Shown piece after piece: positions 11,501-24,700 of a stretch of 64,000 bases of DNA. The stretch's first letter is position 1, and the number at the start of each line of letters is the position of its first letter. This DNA comes from Diplonema japonicum (Eukaryota > Protista > Euglenozoa: Diplonemea). The stretch covers positions 1 through 64,000 of the forward strand of contig OZ025655.1 of assembly GCA_964019335.1 (NCBI GenBank), read 5' to 3'. Both the position numbers and the translations under genes were made by a program. Under the pieces are notes generated by a model, which searched no databases, was not told the DNA's origin, and saw only the letters and a program-made list of their open reading frames with translations.

Positions 11501-11817
11501 TTTCTTGTCGTTTATAAACGTGCTATTGCCTGTAGGACCTGAGAGGCAACTCATTGAAAGAAGCACAAATAAGATTACCGACTAAACTAAAACAAAATCA
11601 CGTAGCGGGAGCCTTTAACTGGCCATGTTCGGAGTGCACGAGCCACCTCACGTTTGTGAAACGGTGACAGCGCAACGAACAGAATGCGGAGGGGAGGGTC
11701 TTTTCTTTTTTAAAAAAGCGAAACAAAAACCGCTGGTAAGAAAGATACCACTTACACTAAAACCTGCCCCGCATGACAAGGAGCACAACCACTGCACACT
11801 CCTTACACTAAACCGCA

Positions 11818-13877
11818 TTAGTTAAGACTGATGCCAGGTACACAGCCATCAAGAAGAGCCCGTTTCACACCTGTATTATATCGCTAAATCCTGAAACAAC
11901 ATACCTTCATGTATATCTGCTTGCCTTGCTAAGATGTCCTGGTTTTCAATAACCTCCTTCACCTGAAGGAGTAATACACAGAATGTGAAATTTACACATA
12001 CCCAAAGGCTAGGGGCCTGTAGCAGATTAAGCTTCCCAGGTGGATACTTCTGAAAGTAAGTGTGAGAGTAGCCGGAGAAGGGCACATTGTACAGCGTGCT
12101 CACCAATGGCACCTGCGATGCTTTTGAATACTTTATACTTTATCCATACGATGTCCCTGTGCTGCTTCTCACGCGACTCTGCATCGATATTTAGCTTCAT
12201 CTCTTTGTTGCGTCTGCTGGACAACAGCACACGCTCCGCGAGGACATGAGGCGATTCAACCTCACCAGCTTTCGTCTCGGGCCTGTATCGATTGATATCT
12301 ACGAGCAACAAACACACCTTCCTCCAAACCCGTGCAGTGTAGTAGCATAGCACAATTCCGCCTCGTTGATGCTGTTCACAATCTTCACCACCTCTCCAAA
12401 TCCTTGCCATTCGCACAGTTCCGCAGCCCACTTTTGGAACTCAGGCCTGAGCGCCAACCACCTCACCCCAACATCGTCAGTGAACTTGCTTGCGATGGAC
12501 TCCAACTCGGTCTTCGACATCTTCACAAGCAAACCCTTAATCTCTTCGATACTGGCGTATTCTCGCACGAAGCACATCGCTGCGCCCAAGAACTCCATAG
12601 CACCGTCAGTCACCTCACGGCGGATGAGCTGAGTGAAGCTGACAGTAATTAAGTACATACATATATTTTCCTATCATCATAAGGGACAACTGCAGAAGAG
12701 TTGTATAACCTCATATCAGACTTGCACTTGCTGGTGTTGATCTTCCGTGTCTCCCATTCGTCCTAAGGTGAGATACAATGATCGTGATCGTGCATACCTC
12801 CGGTACAGGGGGTGTACACTTGAACACGACATATCCATTCTTCACATTGCACGTTGCCTTCTCAACGTGAACCCTCTTGCCAACGAGCAACCTGGGTCTT
12901 ATGGCACACGATGCTGCGCTCAGCATAACGCAGGGGTAACCCATATCAACCCCATCATCCAGGTCCTGCAGTATTATATATAATATGAACTTCTCCATAC
13001 AATTGCATCAGCACTCCAGTCCTGAGGATCGACGGCCTGCCTCCCTACCTCAGACATGAAGCACAAGTACCTGTCGAACTCCTCGTCGTCCTCCATCTGC
13101 GCACCGTCATAAGCATACACCGACATAAACACATTTGCGAGAGACGTCTGCAAATGGATGTAGTGTCCTGCGGTGTCATACCTCGTCATCGTCATCCACA
13201 AAGTCCTCACGCAGGTCGTCCCTTGAATTCTCCCACGCACTAGTCTTCTGCAGCATGAATTGGTTGCATAGGATCACCATACCTCCACCGAATCCTTCCT
13301 CGTCAATGTCGCCTTCTTGGTGATAGGTTCCTTGACAGGCGACCCCTGAGGGTGGTAACGAATACGTAAGCACACATACCTTCCCTCTTGACTTAGGCGT
13401 GTTCGAGTAGTCGTAGTCGTGGCTTGCTGTGAAGGTGGTTATATACTACAGCTGTCATACTTCCAACTCCGCCCCACTTACCACCCTTACCCCTCCCAGC
13501 ACTACTTGTCACAGCTGTACCGACGTTTCCTGGCCTTCCGCCCCTCCCTTGCACCATGCCACCCCGTCCCGAATTGGCACCTCGGCCCCCGCCCCTTCCC
13601 ATCTGGCTCATCTGAGTCTTGGGCTCCTCACGTCGCACCACTGCTTCTTTGTAACTAGCTGACACTGTTAATAATTATATAAAAGTAAATGTCCACACCT
13701 GATCTCGCCTGAAAGAGAGCCGCCTTGGGTTGCTGTTCTTCCTTTCTCCTTTCTTCTTGTTCCTTCTCACGGCGTAATCTCTCTTTCTCTTCTTGTTCCT
13801 TCTTCTCTCGTTCTCTTTCCTCCTGCTGCCTTCTCAGCTCTAACTGCTTTTGCTCCTCTTGCTTTTGCAGCTCTTCC

Positions 13878-13909
<32 letters not shown>

Positions 13910-14686
13910 CTTTAATCGCAGTTCTTCTTCTTGGGCTTTCTGTGTTTCATTCTGATCTTGAGAGTACCCTTGTTGTTGCGGGTACTGATGGAACTGCTGG
14001 TGCTGGTGCTGATGCTGGTGATTTTGTTGGTGATATTGAAGATGCTGGTGCTGGTTCTGATGCTGGTGTTGCTGTTGCTGGTGTTGGTGCTGATGTTGGT
14101 GCTGGTGTTGGTGTTGGTGTTGGTGTTGGTGCTGGTGGAACTGGTGATGGTGCTGATGCTGAGGAACCGGCGGTAGATGCTGATGCTGATGCTGAGGGGG
14201 CTGGTAGGGGGGGGGCTGCTGTTGGAAATTGTGCTGGTTCTGATGCTGGTGCTGGTGTTGGTGTTGGTGCTGGTAGGAAGACATTTGGTGCTGGTGCTGG
14301 TGATGCTGGTGCTGGTGCTGGTGCTGGTGTTGGTGTTGGTGCCCGTGATGCTGGTGCTGATGCTGATGCTGATGTTGGTGGTGCATGTGTTGATGCTGCT
14401 GAGGCTGATGCTGATGTTGGTGTTGGTGCTGAGGCATCTGGCCTTGCCCTTGGTGCTGCTGTGGGTGCTGAAGAGGGTGAGTATGGGGATGCAACTGGTG
14501 CGGGTGAGGATGCGGGGGATACGGGTGCTGATTATGTGCATGATGCCCCCCGAAGTAAGGAGACTGCTGTGGTTGTGGATGCGAGTCATGCTGCTGCGGA
14601 GGCCGCTGCTGTTGTGGCTGCTGTGGCTGCTGGGGTTGCTGTGGCTGCTGCACAGTCTTTCTTTTATGTGGCGGCTTATACATCAT
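11818..14686 (-). CDS. Hypothetical protein: Q/H-rich low-complexity N-terminus, charged helix, RGG segment, unknown C-terminal domain; 12 introns
   Basis: Twelve 31-39-nt GT-AG introns join the fragments in frame, including a 15-nt exon at 12002-12016. Confidence 0.65.
13870..14650 (-). repeat. Coding microsatellite: poly-Q and (QH)n hexamer arrays (CAR-CAY)
   Basis: tgctgg/tgttgg/tgctga runs on the + strand. Confidence 0.9.
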
Positions 14687-15651
14687 TATATCACCTATTT
14701 CTGTTTGACAAAAAGAAGACATGCAAAAAGAAACAGATATTGAGAACAGAATAAAACTTATTACTCATTACAACAGCACCCTCCTGTATTTATCCAGCAC
14801 AGTCATCAAAAACCTTGCAACCTGTGCTAATAACAAGAAGGTGCCTGACCGGTAGGGTGGCTATAAGTTATGAACACTAGGGGTGGGAAGGAAAAGTTAA
14901 AGGGACACTAAATACGCCATCCATGTGCACTACGAAAGCCGTCGCAATATCAGGAACGAAGAAACCCCTTCATCCTGTGCACATGGACAGCAAAAGAAAA
15001 AACGGGGGATGCAAACAATAAAATGTACCATTATTAGAGTCAATATGTGGGGGGTTGAATCTCTCCATTATCTTTTCCTTTTCTGCTCTCTGCTCCCTGT
15101 TGATGGCCCCCTCCCTATCCCGGATACCGCTTCCGAGCAATGACTCTCAAGAAAACCGGGAAATGGTAGGAGGAGAAGGTGGGAAAAATTCGAAAAAATA
15201 AAGCTGAGTAAAGACAATCCCACCTGAGGACAGCCTCTTATGTTTACTATCTACTGGTGCACCCCTTCTGGCTTCGTCCAATCCTATGCTTCTAGTATGG
15301 CCTTTTAAGATCTTGGCAACCTTCCTCTGAACGGTGAAATAGCTCCATCTTTGCCCTGCTATAGTAAAGGCGTGCGGCAGACTTCTCTGCGGGTTGTGCT
15401 TCTTGTATCCTGGTACTTCACAGTGTTGGGAAAACTCGATCTTACCTTCGGCACAGAAAAGAAAACCTGACATTCTAAATAAAAGAAAAAAGAGCTTCTA
15501 CGTAAAAAAGAAGAAGTTCTGATCAGCACAGAACTACTGCTCCCTGCACAAGGGACACAACCCTCAAGACGCAAGAACGTAGAAACAAAGGGGGGGTCGT
15601 TCTAGGGTAAAAGGTAAGCTTGGTAGGAGGAAAAAAAAATATTCTTTCGCG

Positions 15652-16594
15652 CTAGTTGACTGTCACCAAGCTTGCGCTGTTAGCTTGTGGCTGTTGTATT
15701 TCCTTCCGGTTTCTTGTTTCCTGAGGCTGCTGTTGTATTTGGTCCTTTTCCTTCTTTTGTTTTCGGATGCGGAACCCTGTCGAGTGTCTTAAACCCAAGA
15801 ATGCCATCATACCATATATCTTGGGTACGTAAGAGTAAGTCGGCTTTGTGACATTCGCAAACAAACTAGGGTTGCAGATACAGAAGAGATGGGGGAACGT
15901 GGTGCCCCAGAAAGCACCGTCGAGGCTCTTGTGTTTTGCAGAGCGGGGGAAGTAGATGTCTTCACACTTCGGGCAGAACACCTTGACGGAGGCCTCACGA
16001 AGGATATCCGACTGCCCGACCGGGAGTACCGACTGGCCGCAGCACATTACACGCGGGCACCTGCCAAATGATACATTTCTGTATTTCTCTTCCTGTAGTG
16101 GAAATCTCATTAAAAAAGAGAAAAAAGGTGTCACACCATGAGCTTCATCCCCCTCATGGTTAAGATAAATCTCGCATGAATCAGACCATAAAGGGTTTCC
16201 GCCGCCGACTCCACAAGCTGCTGCTGCTCCACTGTCAAGTCGTCCTCTGTGATGTCAATGCTTTACTCTGACAGGTTACATACCACCAGGGCTGACCAGG
16301 TCTAGGATATTATCGAGAGCATATTCATAAAAGGGCACCATACTCGACAGCCCTGTTAAATTAAAATCGTCCTGTTGGAAGGTAAATAGAAGTGTCTTTG
16401 CTGCATACCTGAATGTAATCTTCATCTACTTCGACAAAAAATTCGTTCCCTTTCAAAGTGCAAAACCATGTTATCCACGGTATCTCTTCCTCGTCCTCCT
16501 CATCCTGAGAGTCGTAAACGCTCAAGTTCGTGTCCTCATCATCTTTGTCCTCGCTTTCTTGTTTACGTGAAAACACAGGGTTTTTGCCCGACAT
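15652..16594 (-). CDS. CKB: Casein kinase II regulatory beta subunit; 4 introns (37, 37, 44, 36 nt)
   Basis: [21 protein letters not shown]|[62 protein letters not shown]|FRI. Confidence 0.95.
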
Positions 16595-17377
16595 ATGGTC
16601 TTTCCTGACTTTTCTTTGTTTTCTTATTTCAAATACGGTATAAAAGATTAACCCTTAGCCACCATCTAAAAAAAAAAATATATTGTACCGGATTTATATC
16701 GGAACGCAAAACTATTGGGGCCTTTTAGATGTACTCTCCCTGGGTGGGACCTTTCTCGGAACAATTCATCCCCAATCAATACTGTGAAAGAAATACAAGC
16801 GATAAAGGAGGCCAGTGTTGGGGCGCCCACACAAGCACTGCCTACCTGAGCTGTTTGTCGCTAGATACCGAAGGTTGTCAGCACGATTACATAAAAAAGA
16901 AAACCCACATGACTAAACTCTCCTTCCCAAATGAGCAGTTTCACCATCTCAAGGACCCTACCCCCTTATAAAGGTAAGAGTGCATCTCCCGTTTTCTCTG
17001 ATTTCTTGCACCAAGCGCATCCCACTTAAGGGCACTTTCACAAAAAAATAGCTGTCCAAAATGTCAATGTGAAAACAAGAAGCCCAGTCCTGGGGACTTC
17101 TTGCACAAAAAGGCATTAATCGGTTAATCTCTAACAAGAATCTCAAATATGGTTTCTGTATAAGAAAGAGAAAAAAAAAAGAGGAATATCGATTAAAGCA
17201 GAATGAAAAAATAGAAAATACGGAAAGAAGTAGAGGTTTCTCTTAAACGTAACACAATTACAAATACCCTGGCATTTTGAAAAAAGAAAAACAAGTTAGG
17301 AAAACATGAACGAAGACCCAGGGCTTCACGTAGAGTGGTGCTTAAAGACACACGCTGTTACAAAATGTACATTGTGA

Positions 17378-20300
17378 CTACCACTTCTTACTTTTCTTAG
17401 ATGGAAGTTCGTAGTTGGTGAGAGTACCGATTTCTGTGATGGTAATTATTATCTGCAACGGAACAAACATACTCAGCGCCATCCTCCACTTCACCTCCCA
17501 CTCCTTCTTGATGAGCGATGTAATGTCTTGCATCGCCTTCTCAGTCTGCGCGCAAAGGTGCCATCGTACCTGCTCCTCGTCGTCCTGCTCGAAGTCAATC
17601 GCGAACCTCGTAGGGTGGATCGAGCCACCTGCATTGGGTGGCGGCAGTAAGATCTCAACAACGTCTCCCAAGGAACCCCTCTTTTCCAAATGCCACCTAT
17701 TAGCGTTGGACTCACCATCTGGCCATGAGTAGTACTTGTCACTGGCTAATAATATATCCTATATAAAATGGCTGCGACAAATCATGTAACATACGTCCTT
17801 CGTCACGGCGATGCTCACCGGCAGCATCGAACAGCTCACCTCGCGCAGTGGGTACACGTCTTGCGGGAATGACATGTACGATTCCTTATCCTTACCAGAC
17901 TTCTTCTGCACAAAGAGCTGGTCCTGTTTCATAAACACTAGGAAGTATCCGAGCACCGTCCCCATGCCCTGTGCCAGAGGCCTCGTCACAAATGGCGACG
18001 GATGCAACGTGATCATTCCGTCCTTGTCTGTGGTGTGTTGCTGGGGCTGGGCATTGCATACTTGATCCCCTGATCCCTATGAAGGTCTTCAATAGGGACA
18101 ACGTCGTCTTCCTGCACCTCGGCAACAGAAGATAGCTAAACCCCGCATCCCCACCGTACACAAGGCGCATGTACTGCATCCCGAATCCTGAAATGCAGCT
18201 GATTGTTATATGATGCACACCTATTTCTATTTTCAACAGATCGCTGTTCTGGTGACATGAAAGAAACAGAAAAGGCTTGGACGACTTGCCCCCGCGCCCG
18301 AGGTGGTTGCAATCTAGGGTGAAGTAAGTGTGTGTCCCGCTGAGCGCAATCCAGCAACTCTTCTCCTCCTGCTCACTACTTACGTTGCCCAGCAGTACAT
18401 TGCAGTAGCTGTGTTATATTCTTCAAATTAATTAAATGCATCATACCAAGAGGACTCCAACTGCTCACCAGTGTCAACGTCCCGCCGCTTAGCATTGATG
18501 ATGTGCGTGCCAGCCTTGATATCGTGCTTCTCTAAGGCGTCGATATCGGGCTGTAAATAGTGAGGTGTTGATCTTCTGCATACCCTTCGCTTCCCGGCGA
18601 TCTTAGAGCCAAAGTTCATGAACACATCGGAATCGGTGGCAATATGCTGACTGCTGCCTACGCGAAGCTCAGCAGGCGAGACGCATTCAGTTTTCGATAG
18701 TTCGCTGAATGTATTGCCTGCATTTATTATAACATACCTAGTAAAGGGTGGGTGGCTGAACGAGAAAGTCTGCTGGCCTGAAGATGCAGATCCCTTGAGG
18801 CTTGTAACAACAGGCCATTGCGGTGCTGTTCGGCACTCACTTAACCGCTGCTTCAGCATACATATTAAGCACTCCTCGCTCCTGCGGTATGTGGGGGAAG
18901 TAAACTCTGACATACGCTTCGTTGGCGACCTCAAAACCAGCCAGCAGTACAGGCTCGGACACAGGATGGAATGTCGCTCTGATCTCAGCCTGCTGGATAC
19001 GCTGGAGGTACGTCACCCCTGCATTGGTTGTCGTGTACATGGCACCAGGGGTAGGTTCTACAGTCACCTTCTTCGGGTCCCACGGCTTGGTCTCACCGAT
19101 CTCCCACGTCCTCACGTTCTGCATCTTCACCGCATTCGTAGACTCCTTCCTGCCGTAGCCGTGGAACATTGTCATGTTCCTTGTTACAAATCCGGTCTGG
19201 TCAGGCTGCGAGAGGAAGCAGGTCGACCCGCCTTTGCCGCCAAAGAAGCCTTCTTGGCTATCCCAATCGTCTTCAAGTGCTTGGAACTGGCTGCTTCCAA
19301 AGCTATTACCAATGCTGTTTCGATGCCTCGACAAGGCTGTCCTTATGCTGATATATACAACCTGGTCGGTCGTGTGCGCGTCGACAGCGATGAGCCTCGT
19401 GACCTCTGACCCAATGTGCACTGGTGGAAGCAAAGACGCCTTGAAAGGGATCTGTCCGCTGACTGGGATGCGTACGGTGCCCCACTTGTTGCGTCCAGCA
19501 TTTATTCTCGACACGACAGGAGTAATTGTGCCCTCCTTGAGCAGTGCCGACAGACGGTCGCCGACATCGGAGACAAAAGACCTCCACGAGACGCACGTCG
19601 CACTGAAGACATCAGGGTCGTTCAACCTCTGCTCATTTTCTTCGATAAAAGTGGTGATCGTTTCCTCTGGCAACGTGGAGTCTGAGAAGCTCTTTGCGAC
19701 CACACTTTCCAGGAAACCTCCCTTCTCGACCTCCAGACTCCCCATCGTAACAATCTCCCGTCTAACATCCTGCGGAGCACTCGTGTAACTCGGACTGTCG
19801 TCGGTCTCTCTTGCATCTGACTCTGGATCTTGCTCCTGCTCCGGCTCTTGCTGATCCTGATCCCGCTCTCGTTCCTGTTCTCGCTCCCGTTCTTTCTTCG
19901 GTGTGTCGTCACCGGCCTTTCTTTTGACTACGCGCTTCACTGTTTTGTACTTTCTAGTCCCCTTCCGTGGCTTTACCACAGGCTCGTTGGTGCCTGACGA
20001 GAGATGCCTAGAGTCGATACTGTGATTGTGGGATTAGAAACTTTAACATACTCCATCCACGTTGCAATCACTACCAGCACCGCCGCAACAGCTGGTGCAC
20101 TTACCCGCTCTAACGCTTCCTTGGATTCAGGACTCAGATCGACCTTCTTGATTCTCATTGCGCGGGGGCTCTCTTCGATGACCTGTGGTGCTTTCTTCTT
20201 TCCTACCTGTCACACATACCATAGAGTTATATCGCATGTTGCTAGGGGGCGATAGATAGTCCTTGTACTTGGCACTCGTCGTCCGCACTGCCGACTTGCT

Positions 20301-21437
20301 GATATCATCACCTTGCAGTAGCTTCCCATCGAGAACGAAGTCCTTCCACCTGTCAGTGTGGATCATACCCGCAACGAGCGGGCGGTACTGCGGCACATCC
20401 TTCATCAGCAACCCGTTGTTCTTTAAGAATATCTCTACCAACGACGTTGTGTTCGCCAGCAAGTAGAAAACCTCGTTCCAGGACTGCAGGTGATTCGCGT
20501 CAACGTGCAAAGTGTGAATCTTCGGCAAGTCCCACAGACCCTCTACGGACATCAGACGGTTTCCGCTGAGGTTAAGGCTTGTAACTGACGGTGGGAGCAC
20601 CGAGGCCAGTTCCAACGCAGACTCAATGTGGTTGTCACTGAGATCTAACGTCGTGAGCAGCGTGCAGTCGGACAAGTGCTGCACCTTCTGAATCCCATTT
20701 TGTGTCAGTGATAACTTCTTGACGGACACCAACTGGCGGAGACATGGCAGCATAACAATCTCATTACCAGACACAACCACAGTACGCAGCTCGTTCCATG
20801 TCTCGGTGCTGAAAACGTCGTTTAAGTCATACTTCGTGTGAGGTAGCAGCGACGAGCGCACTGTGAGACTCTTCAGTGTCTTCACCACGTCTGGTATCGA
20901 GCTGACGTCGAAGTCCTTTACGCGCTTCACTACTAACGTCTCTATGTCCTCACCTAGCTGCGACAAAACGACAAAACTCTTATTGATGATGGCCTCTTTT
21001 ATCCCTAGAGGGGCATTCTGCACCTCCTCGACGTTGCAACCAGCAAACTCAATAGACTTCAGGCTGTTGAAAGGGTACAGGTCGATCGTCTTCTCGTCGG
21101 GGGGCATTGTCCCAGGCTGTATTTTCACCCGAGGACACACCCTGAAGCAGTCGAACAAGCACCCAAATGTCCTTCTGTCCTTACCTTCCTGCGTCTCTCG
21201 TCGCAGCAGTCGGGTCCGGCTTTTTCTATCTGAGTCCTTCAATTCCTCTAACCTCTGCACTGCATACTTGATACCTGTCAGCGTAAGAGGAACTACACGG
21301 TCGCCCTCCGAGAACAAAGACCCATGCTTCGCTGCGTACTCAGCTAGGTTCTGTATGATAGCCGCATCGCTCATCTTCTTATTAGATCTCGCCTTGCCGG
21401 AGCTGGTGGCACTCCTTTTGGATGAGAAGCTCATCAC
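17378..21437 (-). CDS. Large LRR protein, STK11IP/Nischarin-like, with C-terminal PH-like regions; about 9 introns
   Basis: TIDLYPFNSLKSIEF then LRRs (LTTLDLSDNHI, LNLSGNRL); GTATG introns link all ORFs from 21437 to 17378 in frame. Confidence 0.65.
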
Positions 21438-21789
21438 GTATGCATCCCTATGTGCTGTGTGAATGATACGTACTGTTGTAAAATCAAATCAAACTAAACC
21501 TAACCAAGCAAACAAGCAAAAGCGGCAAACTTCAAACTCCTTCTTCTATTTCGTTTATTTTTCTTCTTCTCATTCCATATTATACTTTCGTTCATTTATC
21601 TTTAGTTGCATGTTCACGTTCCCCACGAGTTCTTTTTTACTTCGTTCGTCTTGTTTGCAACAACCAGGGCACGCGAGTGATGAAAAAAACTTAAGGATAT
21701 ATGCGGTGTCAGCCTGTCTTGTTGTGCAGCCGGTTTTTATCTCCTTGCAGAACGTAATACCATTGTTCAACAATAATGAAAAGACGTAA

Positions 21790-24700
21790 TCAAAGAGAGT
21801 CACGAGAGTACCTACGAAGTGGTGACTGGTGCAGTGTGGATGTAGCTGGCCCCAAAGCGATTGGCCCTGCAAAGAACAAGCTCTCCTTGTTTTCATTAGA
21901 GGAGGATGTGCCGTTGGCAGGAGACCCGCCGGGTGTATTCAGCTGATCTATAGTGTTCACAGAGGGAATAAATAGGTTGCCGTAGTCTTTACTCTGTGTG
22001 TCTGTGTCATCATGATCAGCAACGACAGACGCATGCATGTCCTTCATCTCTTCTTCCATAAATCCCTTCTCCAGTAAAGGAGCGTCAACATCGTCAAACG
22101 TACTGCGGGTACCGTAAAAGCGACCTATCACAAGCCAAAGGATCACGACAACAATCACAACAATGGTAAGCGAATACAGAATAGCAATGCCAACAAGCAA
22201 CGGCTCCCCGTACTGTGGGTGGGTTGAGTTTCCTTTCCGTTTCCGCCCTAAACATACCCTTTCGTCGGCCACCCACAAAGCTGCTAACAACGTGCACGCA
22301 CCTGAGAATAAACCCAGAGAATCCAGTCGCTGCTGCTTAATATCACGATATGGCTGTGGTGTTCTTCCTTCCTATTCTGGGTGGCATACTTCGCATATTA
22401 AATTCATCGTTAGGGAGATAAAGAGTACCCACGTTGCAGAGAAGCACTTCGCAAAGGTTGTGGACGGCATGGCCACTGACAGCACAATCAGAACCTTGCG
22501 CAGCAGCACAACGCTCTCCCAGTAGTAGTAACCCTTTCTGTAGTTCACGTAGAGGAAACCAAAAGAAGACAAACACCGTTGTGTGGAGAGGTGTTGCTGT
22601 GGTGTTATTGAAGTTGCTGCCGATCATCATACCTTTTCGTACGTCAGCATTATCGCAAAAGCGAGTGGGAAACCAATCCCATAAAGACAGAAGAAGGCTA
22701 GCGATAGACGGTAAAGCAGCGACTCCTCGTCGCACTCGACCCTAGGGTCTGCCTGTGCCACACGGATGGTGCCCCTCTCTGGGTGAAGATAGCTGTTGCA
22801 GATGAAAGGCTTTGTCAATTGGTCAATCAACAGCGTGTAACTGAAGTGTATTAAAATGAGCAGCGCTGTTGCAAAGATCTGCCGCTTAGGCAACTCGATA
22901 GCAGTGCCTTCCAACGGGATCTGGTAGTCGGGGTCCAGCTTGTGCTGACGAACAGAGCATGCACGTGAGCATAACCTGCAAACCAACGTCTTGCATTCTG
23001 TGCACTTGAAATCAGCAAATTCCTTTGAGCACATCGCGCAGTCAGGAATTATCTCCGCTTTGAGAACATCCTCCTGGCTGATGCTACCGGTCTTCGCGTT
23101 CGCAGATTCGTAGAACTGGCTCTGCCACTTAATTGTACTGCGGCCCTTCGGCTTCCCAGAGAATACAAAGGAGGCAAACCACGCCTCTGCACACGAGAAG
23201 AGAGGTAAAAGCACCCATACCCACAGACGGTCGTTGAGGTCCATGTTTTCAGGAAGCAAGCAGATGGTAGGCGTGGGGATGCCAGACAGACTGTTGGCGC
23301 TGCTGCTTGTCTGAAGGATGTCCTCCATACCGCTACCCCATTTAAGGTTGAGAGGGCGAAGGATAGCGAGAACCTGGATGCATGACATTAGTATCTTCAC
23401 GAACTGCGGAAGGGGGTCAGGCTTTTCTATTGTGTTCTTCAAGCTTAGTCGCACAACGCACAGCACTCCCGTCAGAATACCTACACCACTTAAAAAAGTC
23501 AAAACGATGCTTGTGAGCTTCGAAAAACACTGCACGCACCCAGTGGGACCCACCCTGCCCGTTCCCTCGCACTCACCACAAAAAGTACCATTCGTCTTCG
23601 GCGCACACATAGACGCCGAAGTATTCGACTCGTTGCTTCCAATACACGTGCCGAATGGACAAGAGTCCGGCGTCAGCACTTCTGCACTGAACCTCCACCA
23701 ATTCTTTTGCACATTTGCACTAAGGGTACCATCGCAAATCAAGCCAGTAGGACAATCAGTGCAAAGATCACCCCTACCTGGAAGAGCCAGCTTGGATGTA
23801 TCAAAGCAGTAAGGCTGCGGTAAGGGCACGACTAAAGGCATGATGGTAACGCCAGTTTCGTTATCATTGCTGGAATCCATTTGGTTGAGCGATAGTACTA
23901 CCAAGTACATCCTGGGCATGTACCACGTGAGGGATGCATGCTCTCCATTCACGGACTTCAAATACTCGCCTCGTTTAAACTCTTCCTCCGGCGGTGTTGG
24001 GAAGAGCTTATCGCACACACACCCACGGGTGCCGTTCATAAAGTGTATATGCTTAGATATCACCTTGCACCTCCGATCTTCAAACGCAGCGTCCCCACAG
24101 CCAGTCTCGTCGCAGGGTATCGAGCCAGGATCACTTATGTACCCGTAGGGTAATGTGTCCCTGAATGGCTTTTGAATCTTCTGGCACTCGTACAAGGCAC
24201 ATGTACAATTAACCTCCTCTCCGACACCCTTAATTGGCTTCTCGGCACCATCCTGCAGCTCGGCCACAATGGGAGGGTATAGAGTCTGGTTGAAGTCTAC
24301 AAAACTACGTTCGTTCGTGCTTCTCAACTGGAATTGATAGGGAACAACAGGTGAGCAGACGAGCTCTGTAGATGAGTTGCTGCTGTTGAAGTAATGGACA
24401 GCACATGATGCGCAATTGTTGTTCGCATCGAACTGCCGTGGGCACTCAGCACAGGAATCACCCTCCCATTGGTTCGAGCACTCGCAGATACACTTGTCTT
24501 TCTCCTCGCTTGGCTTCACCGTAATAGCTCTGCTATTGCAATGTTGCTTGTCCTGACACTCGTAACACAGAGGGTAATTAATCCTTCCCTCAGAACAGCT
24601 AGCACAATTATCGTCCGCATTGAATTGGCTGATGCAAATACTGCAGTCGGCACCGCTCCACATGTCGGTACACTTGCAGACACAATTCTCGTTTGTTTTA

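Noticed and set aside
13912-14754. Silk-like GAGAGV, poly-LV and poly-ST ORFs
   Set aside because: Alternative-frame and antisense shadows of the QH microsatellite.
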